From Candidatus Moraniibacteriota bacterium (GTDB lineage Bacteria > Patescibacteriota > Minisyncoccia > Moranbacterales > DUUL01): DNA of 64,000 nucleotides. Under the pieces are notes generated by a model that saw only the letters and a list, made by a program, of their open reading frames with translations, was not told the DNA's origin and did no database searches. A program made the position numbers and the translations under genes. The stretch lies in NCBI GenBank assembly GCA_027008775.1, contig JALVDV010000003.1, forward strand, positions 12,340 to 76,339, read 5' to 3'. Positions 58,419 to 64,000 of this stretch are shown in pieces. Numbering within the stretch: position 1 is the stretch's first letter; the number at the start of each line of letters is the position of its first letter.

Positions 58419-58904
58419 ATGGACGAAAAAAATCTTGTAGCTGAAAAATTTATTTTAGAAAGGGAGGAAATACTGGACATCCTCCCTTTTGCCCCGGAAT
58501 GGGTTATCCCGAATCGGATATCCAAAAGATATAAATATCCAGTTACCGGGGAAGTAATAGGGCTGTCCGCCGAGCAAAGGGTGGACGGCTCCGCCTGGTG
58601 GACCAAAATGCATTTCCCCGGGAACCCGGTTTTTCCCGGGGTGTTAATGCTGGAAGGCCTCAATCAGGTGGCCGGCATCCTTCTCTTTTTAACATCACAA
58701 GAGAGAAGGAAAGGAATACCGCCGGTCTTCTTCACCGGTTTCGGGAACGGCTTAATCAAAAAACAGGCCGTTCCCGGAGACACGGTGAAATATACCGTTT
58801 GGAAATTGCGCCAGCGTTTCCGAACGGTAAAGTTTGTTGGACAAGTAAAAATAGAAGGAAAAAAGGCAATGGAAACAAGCATTAGTTTAACCATCGCCGA
58901 ATAA
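58419..58904 (+). CDS. FabZ/FabA-like hotdog-fold dehydratase
   Basis: HFPGNPVFPGVLMLEGLNQVAGIL parallels the FabZ active-site motif HFPGNPVMPGVL..E..AQ; strong RBS AAGGAGGG. Confidence 0.7.
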   Translation: MDEKNLVAEKFILEREEILDILPFAPEWVIPNRISKRYKYPVTGEVIGLSAEQRVDGSAWWTKMHFPGNPVFPGVLMLEGLNQVAGILLFLTSQERRKGIPPVFFTGFGNGLIKKQAVPGDTVKYTVWKLRQRFRTVKFVGQVKIEGKKAMETSISLTIAE

Positions 58905-58982
58905 AAACAAAGCGACTCATTGCCAACCGGCGATAAGTCGCTTTTAAAATTTGACAAAACAATTTTTTATCAGAAACAACTT

Positions 58983-59065
58983 TGGTGGGGATGGTGGGAC
59001 TCGAACCCACACGCCGAAGCACTAGTTCCTAAGACTAGCGTGTCTACCAATTTCACCACATCCCC
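58983..59065 (-). tRNA. tRNA-Leu (anticodon TAG), CCA encoded
   Basis: Minus strand GGGGATG...CTAGT CTTAGGA ACTAG, long variable arm, GTGGGTTCGAGTCCCAC, CATCCCC A CCA. Confidence 0.85.
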
Positions 59066-59081
59066 AAAAAACATTTCATCT

Positions 59082-59169
59082 TGGCGGAGAGACTGGGATT
59101 CGAACCCAGGGAGGCTTACGCCTCAACGGTTTTCAAGACCGTCGCATTCGACCACTCTGCCATCTCTCC
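59082..59169 (-). tRNA. tRNA-Ser (anticodon TGA), CCA encoded
   Basis: Minus strand GGAGAGATGGCAGAGTGGTCGAATGC G ACGGT CTTGAAA ACCGT, long variable arm, CTGGGTTCGAATCCCAG, TCTCTCC G CCA. Confidence 0.85.
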
Positions 59170-59299
59170 TTCAATTTCTAGAATCAACCGGGCTATCCCA
59201 GGTTTTTCCGCCCTAGGCGGACCAGCCTCGGGCTGGCAAGACCGCAAAACAACAAACTCCAAACTGCGTCCTAAATTGTCAAATTGCTACCCAACCGAT

Positions 59300-59800
59300 T
59301 TAATCTCTGAGTAAAAATTTACGATTTTCGCTTAAATTGGTAAAATCATCGGCCACCTCCAACAAAAGACGAGAGGAACTTTCCTTAAAAGCCATAACCT
59401 CCACTCTGGTTCCCCTGTTATATTGCAAATAACGCACCAACGGAACGTAGTCTCCATCACCGCTAACCAAAACAATTACATCCAGATTACTGGCCAACTT
59501 GACGGCATCAATAGTAATACCCACGTCCCAATCACCCTTTTTCATTCCTCCGCGAAAAACTTGCAAATCTTTAGTCTTCACTTCATAGCCGGCTTTAACC
59601 AAGGACTCAAAAAATTTCTCTTCCAAGCCCTCCTCCGTTCTGATACCATAGGCAATTGCCCTGATCAATTTCCGGTTGCCAACAGCTTGCTTCAAAATTT
59701 CTTTAAAATTGGTCTTTCTTTTGTAAAGAACCTTGGAACTATAATACATATTTTGGATGTCAACCAAAACACCTACCCGTTGCTCCGGAAATTTAGCCAT
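59300..59800 (-). CDS. NYN-domain (LabA-like) protein, second paralogue
   Basis: [10 protein letters not shown]...DWDVGITID...[14 protein letters not shown]. Confidence 0.75.
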   Translation of the reverse strand: MAKFPEQRVGVLVDIQNMYYSSKVLYKRKTNFKEILKQAVGNRKLIRAIAYGIRTEEGLEEKFFESLVKAGYEVKTKDLQVFRGGMKKGDWDVGITIDAVKLASNLDVIVLVSGDGDYVPLVRYLQYNRGTRVEVMAFKESSSRLLLEVADDFTNLSENRKFLLRD

Positions 59801-59810
59801 AAATCAAATT

Positions 59811-60080
59811 TTATTTTTTAAGCCCGGTTTCCTTCAAAACCTTTTTGTAAAGTTTTTCGTTCGTATTTTTCAGATAAGCCAACAATTTTCTTCGCTTGGA
59901 AATCATTCCCAACAAACCTTTGCGGGAATGTTTGTCCTTGGCGTTTTTTTTCAAATGCTTAACCAACTCGTTTATTCGTCTGGTTAAAATAGCTATTTGC
60001 ACCTCAGCCGAACCGGTATCGTTCTGGTGTCGCTGAAGTTTCTTCATTGTATTCTTTTTCTGTCTAGCTGTTAGAGCCAT
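59811..60080 (-). CDS. rpsO: 30S ribosomal protein S15
   Basis: NDTGSAEVQIAILTRRINELVKHLKKNAKDKHSRKGLLGMISKRRKLLAYLK aligns with bS15. Confidence 0.9.
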   Translation of the reverse strand: MALTARQKKNTMKKLQRHQNDTGSAEVQIAILTRRINELVKHLKKNAKDKHSRKGLLGMISKRRKLLAYLKNTNEKLYKKVLKETGLKK

Positions 60081-60275
60081 AAACTTACTCACCGCTTTGC
60101 CGTAAAAATTACGAACAAACCAGCTTCATTAACTTCTTATAATTTCACTTCACCGATACTAACACAAAAACTTCAACAATGCAACCTTCATTGACGCCAA
60201 CGCAAAGCTCGGTTACCATAACAACAAACATTTCTCTCAAAATCAAAGAATTAAACAACTCACCTCCGTCAATCA

Positions 60276-61307
60276 ATGACTCAAAAGACTTTCGCAAAAA
60301 TAATTTACAATCAATCGCAACCGCAAAGATTGGATAAATTTCTGTCGGAAAAATTTCCCGAGTTTTCCCGTCGCTTTTTTCAGAAGAACATCAAGAATAA
60401 ATTGATCCTCGTTAATCAAAAACCACGGACACCCAAATTCCAACTAAAATTCCGGGATGTTATTGAAATCAAATTAAAACTGCAAAAACCGTCTCAACCA
60501 ACTTCACTGCCGGCCAACCCGGCAGTGAAAATAAAAGTGGTGACCAAATACCCCGACTTTTTTATCATTTACAAACCGGCCGGTTTATCCGTTCACCCCA
60601 GTCTTTTTGATGTGGAAAATAATTCCCTTCCGCCCACTCTGGCTGGTGGTCTGTTAAATTTTTCACCAGATTTAAAAAATGTTGGCGAAGACTTCACCAG
60701 GCCGGCCATCGTTCACCGTCTAGACAAAGACACCTCCGGCCTGATGATTATTCCCCGCCACCAAGAAGCTTTTCGTAAATTTAAAAAAATGTTCCAGCAA
60801 CACAAAATTGAGAAGACCTATTGGGCCCTTTCCTATAATTTACATAAAAAGAAAGGCCTACCAGCGAACTCGGACAAAAAAAATCCTTTCCGCCGAATTA
60901 AAAACTACATCGGTAAATCCAAGCGAGACCATACCAAACAAGCCACTTCTCATAACCCGGAAAAACTGATAAACCCTAAAGAGGCTGAGACTTTTTACCG
61001 CCAACTCCGACAAAGTCAATTACCTTGTCCTCACCGCTTCAACGGTCGCAAAAAACAAAGCATCACTATCAGTTTACTGGAGGCTCGCCCAACCACCGGA
61101 CGCAAACACCAAATCCGCGTCCACCTAAGCTCAGTAGGGTTACCCTTGGTCGGCGACCAAAAATACGGCCGTCGTTTTCTAAAAAACTGCAACCGCAACT
61201 ATCCCGGCCACTTCTTACAAGCGCAAAGCCTAAAGTTTAACTATCAAGGAAAAAACTACTCCTTTCAAGCTCCCGAACCGGAATGGCTAAAACTGGTTAA
61301 GAGGTAA
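60276..61307 (+). CDS. RluA-family pseudouridine synthase (RluD-like, with S4 domain)
   Basis: RLDKFLS S4-like N-terminus; catalytic HRLDKDTSGLMII motif. Confidence 0.85.
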   Translation: MTQKTFAKIIYNQSQPQRLDKFLSEKFPEFSRRFFQKNIKNKLILVNQKPRTPKFQLKFRDVIEIKLKLQKPSQPTSLPANPAVKIKVVTKYPDFFIIYKPAGLSVHPSLFDVENNSLPPTLAGGLLNFSPDLKNVGEDFTRPAIVHRLDKDTSGLMIIPRHQEAFRKFKKMFQQHKIEKTYWALSYNLHKKKGLPANSDKKNPFRRIKNYIGKSKRDHTKQATSHNPEKLINPKEAETFYRQLRQSQLPCPHRFNGRKKQSITISLLEARPTTGRKHQIRVHLSSVGLPLVGDQKYGRRFLKNCNRNYPGHFLQAQSLKFNYQGKNYSFQAPEPEWLKLVKR

Positions 61308-61325
61308 CCTGAAAATTTCACTCGG

Positions 61326-61820
61326 CTAGTTCTCTTTTTTTCGCAACAAAGCGATTGCCAACAAAGGCAACACTCCCCAAATCAACTTGGCTACCTTGGT
61401 GGTAAACAATTTTAAAGTAAAAGGAGAAAGCAACTTAACAACCTCTTTGGTTGGCAACCAGTCCAAAATAACTGTTGTCATTAAACCAACAACCGTCAAA
61501 GCGATTATTATTCTTTTCAACCAACGCAAGAGATTTCCCCTACCCAACTTTACCGATACCAACGGAGCCAATAGGGCATAATGGATTAAAAACGCCAAGA
61601 ATAAAAAGACTGTTATCTTACCAATATAAGTTGCAGTGAGTTCAAAATAACTCAAACGCGTTAAAAAATAGGCCACGTAAACAGAGAAAGCAAAAGCAAC
61701 CACTTTGTTTTTTTTGACCAGAAATATTAAAACCAAACTGCAAACCAGCATCATTAGAAATAAATTCAAATCCCCGGCTTGCGTCTTAGACAATCCGAGA
61801 CCAACAAAAAAGTCAATCAT
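61326..61820 (-). CDS. polytopic membrane protein
   Basis: 164 aa, 4-5 hydrophobic helices. Confidence 0.45.
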   Translation of the reverse strand: MIDFFVGLGLSKTQAGDLNLFLMMLVCSLVLIFLVKKNKVVAFAFSVYVAYFLTRLSYFELTATYIGKITVFLFLAFLIHYALLAPLVSVKLGRGNLLRWLKRIIIALTVVGLMTTVILDWLPTKEVVKLLSPFTLKLFTTKVAKLIWGVLPLLAIALLRKKEN

Positions 61821-61961
61821 CTTTTTTTATTTTATTTTTTATAAAATGAAATAATTTTAACCACGAAAATTTATCCTCTTCAATTATACATTTTTTTAGA
61901 CAAAACAAAAGCCGGAAAATCCGACTTTTGTTTATCTAAAATATTTTTCCTTGATTTGAGA

Positions 61962-62579
61962 TTACTCTTGTCCCAAGGAAGGCATATTTTGTTGTAAATT
62001 TTTCAGTTTTGACATTGAATCTTTCAAAGCTTGACATTGGTCAACAAACTCCACATTCTTGGGAACACTGAAATCAACTCCCGACAAAACCGGCGTACAC
62101 TTTATTTCTCCCTTTTCCACTTTAACATCCATTTCATCCACATCGTACTCTTTGGGACTAATTTGTTCATCGCCACCTGGCAACGAAGAAGCCAGGTCTT
62201 CCATACAATCTTGTTTCATTTTATTTCCCTTCTTAGCGCCTTCTTGCCAATAATACATCACTCCATCTTTCACCAAAACATTCATTGTCCCATCACCAAT
62301 CTTGTGTTGGGTTTTAATATCTTTACTCTTAATATAAATTACCGATGCATCTTCACCCATTTTACTTTCACACTTCATCACCTTCCCACTGCTAAGAGCC
62401 TTTTTTAAATTTTTCACCACTCCTTCCCCTTTCTCTACCGCCTGATTATTCTTAATGGAACTCATCAAGTCTCCGCTCGCTTTCTCTTGTTCTGCCTGTT
62501 TACCACAACCAGCCAAAACAATTGCCATCATTACCACCAGAGCCATCAACCCAATTTTCGGTATAGTTTTTCCTCTCAT
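61962..62579 (-). CDS. putative lipoprotein
   Basis: Signal peptide with lipobox VLAGCG; start chosen at MRGKTIP. Confidence 0.55.
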   Translation of the reverse strand: MRGKTIPKIGLMALVVMMAIVLAGCGKQAEQEKASGDLMSSIKNNQAVEKGEGVVKNLKKALSSGKVMKCESKMGEDASVIYIKSKDIKTQHKIGDGTMNVLVKDGVMYYWQEGAKKGNKMKQDCMEDLASSLPGGDEQISPKEYDVDEMDVKVEKGEIKCTPVLSGVDFSVPKNVEFVDQCQALKDSMSKLKNLQQNMPSLGQE

Positions 62580-62640
62580 TTGTTTGTTTTTAATGATTAT
62601 TTTATACTTGAAATATAACATAATTTTTCAATTAAACCAA

Positions 62641-63486
62641 ATGCTCCCTTTTTGGGCAGACTTGCCTCTTCATCTCAATCCGGTCATTTTCCAAATCGGC
62701 GGCCTTTCTCTCCGTTGGTATTCTCTCTCCTATCTTTTGGCTTTATTGACAATTTATCTGCTCTTAAAAAATCGCCTGTCAAACAATAGAAACATTCCTG
62801 CGAATCTCAACCTTGGCAATTTGGAAATTATTTTATTCTCCGCTTTTCTGGGCGCCATCATCGGCGGTAAAATCGGCTACCTCATTTTTTACGATTTTTC
62901 CAACTTGGTCCATCACCCTCTTTCAACGCTTTCTCCCTTTGATTCCCAAAACAAATTCATCGGCTTTTACGGACTCTCTTTTCACGGCGGATTAGTGGGA
63001 GCTCTCCTGTCTTCCTGGTGGACCAGCCGGAAATACAAAATAGATTTCTACTCTTTACTAAATTTTGCCACGCCGGCTTTTCCTCTCGGCTATTTCTGGG
63101 GACGCTTGGGCAATTTTTTTAACCGTGAACTTTACGGACGCCTCACCGACAGTCCCCTGGGAATGTACTTCAGCCCCACCGAGAAAAGAGCGGGTCTCCT
63201 CCGCCATCCTTCCCAATTGTACGAAGCTTTGGGAGAAGGTCTGGTATTGTTTTTAATTCTCCAATACTGCCAACGCTTCCCCACTTGCCAAAATAAACTT
63301 TTCCCCTTATTTTTAATTCTCTACGGAATAATTCGTTTTCTGATTGAGTTTTTTCGTCAGCCGGATCCTCAACTTGGTTTCATTGCTCTCGGTTGGCTGA
63401 CTATGGGACAATTACTTTGTCTGTTGATGATTTTTATCGGTATAACCGTTTTACTATTCTACAGAAAAACCGCTTCTAAAATTTAA
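62641..63486 (+). CDS. lgt: prolipoprotein diacylglyceryl transferase
   Basis: IGGLSLRWYSLSYLLA...GAIIGGKIGYLIF...HGGLVGALL...GNFFNRELYG signature; ATG 62641 (track ORF starts earlier, in frame). Confidence 0.9.
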   Translation: MLPFWADLPLHLNPVIFQIGGLSLRWYSLSYLLALLTIYLLLKNRLSNNRNIPANLNLGNLEIILFSAFLGAIIGGKIGYLIFYDFSNLVHHPLSTLSPFDSQNKFIGFYGLSFHGGLVGALLSSWWTSRKYKIDFYSLLNFATPAFPLGYFWGRLGNFFNRELYGRLTDSPLGMYFSPTEKRAGLLRHPSQLYEALGEGLVLFLILQYCQRFPTCQNKLFPLFLILYGIIRFLIEFFRQPDPQLGFIALGWLTMGQLLCLLMIFIGITVLLFYRKTASKI

Positions 63487-63584
63487 TCATTATTGACTCT
63501 CATTTCGGTTTCCCAATCTCCTCTCAATCACTTAATTCGCAAATCTGCGACTCCTTAACTTCTTAAATAATCATTTCAACCATT

Positions 63585-64000
63585 ATGCTAATTCTTTCTC
63601 TGGAAACATCTTGCGACGAAACAGCGGTGGCCATCGTTCAAGCGCAAAAAAACAAATCTAAAACCCTTGCCAATGTGGTAAGCTCCCAAGTAAAATTGCA
63701 CGCTGAATGGGGTGGTGTAGTTCCTAACCTGGCCGCCCGCGAACACCTGAAAAATATAACTCCCGTCCTCAATGAAGCTTTAGAAATAGCCAAGCTTAAA
63801 CTCTCCGACATTGATTTATTCGCCGTCACCAACGGACCCGGACTGATTCCCGCTCTTCTTCTCGGTGTCAACAGCGCCAAAGCTCTATCTTACTTTCAAC
63901 AAAAACCTTTGGTGGGTGTTCACCATATCGCCGGTCATATCTTATCCGCTTTCTTTGACGAGCAACTAAACTTTCAAATTTCCCCGGAACAATTTCCCCT
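63585..64000 (+). CDS. tsaD: tRNA N6-adenosine threonylcarbamoyltransferase TsaD (5' part, runs off window)
   Basis: MLILSLETSCDETAVAIV...GVHHIAGH Kae1/TsaD N-terminus; no stop before the window end. Confidence 0.85.
   Translation, partial: MLILSLETSCDETAVAIVQAQKNKSKTLANVVSSQVKLHAEWGGVVPNLAAREHLKNITPVLNEALEIAKLKLSDIDLFAVTNGPGLIPALLLGVNSAKALSYFQQKPLVGVHHIAGHILSAFFDEQLNFQISPEQFP

Noticed and set aside
59170-59299. Additional tRNA or SRP RNA in the GC-rich stretch after tRNA-Ser
   Set aside because: It has GC-rich hairpins (CCGCC-CTAG-GGCGG, CCAGCC-CGAG-GCTGG) but no T-arm GTTCGA motif, no cloverleaf, and none of the 4.5S domain IV signatures. Left uncalled.
1-64000. tmRNA, RNase P RNA, 4.5S/SRP RNA, rRNA
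   Set aside because: I searched by eye for GGTTCGA(A/T)TCC-type T-arms outside the eight tRNAs, for GGAAAGTCCGG (RNase P) and for the GGAAGCAGC block (SRP), and found none. The absence call is only as good as visual scanning.

Overview
AT-rich, gene-dense bacterial chromosome segment. Gene content and style (small proteins, ribosomal proteins with tails, NYN and bPH domains, an intein in dnaE, T4-type dNMP kinases, ThyX-type thymidylate synthesis) resemble streamlined Patescibacteria/CPR-like genomes; that attribution is inference only. Most of the window is housekeeping. Replication and repair: dnaX, gyrA, polA, dnaE (with a LAGLIDADG intein), ftsK, ruvB, uvrD/pcrA, greA. Translation: thrS, hisS, pth, rplS, rpsU, rpsO, miaB-like, rluA-family, partial tsaD, and 8 tRNAs (Gln, Leu-GAG, Val, Pro, Glu, Leu-TAG, Ser-TGA). 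Envelope: LCP, murJ, ddl, lgt, lepB, PrsW-like, RlpA/G5 protein. Deoxypyrimidine cluster: dcd, long divergent thyX-like, tmk, two T4-type dNMP-kinase-like genes, MazG-like. No rRNA, CRISPR-cas or obvious transposon. The most unusual content is non-coding. (1) The half-site pattern ACTA(C/T)CATA-N8-TATG(G/A)TAGT occurs at seven places; two 28-bp perfect/near-perfect palindromes bracket a TrpR-like YerC/YecD regulator gene. (2) A 1.3-kb non-coding block (6016-7356) carries about 25 degenerate 19-20-bp tandem repeats followed by four 72-90-bp units, each with that palindrome. Further items: an unannotated 51-aa C4 zinc-ribbon ORF, an orphan consensus sigma70 promoter with no downstream CDS, a slightly GC-richer islet (DMT-like plus FabZ-like) beside two tRNAs, and a frame-disrupted gene remnant.
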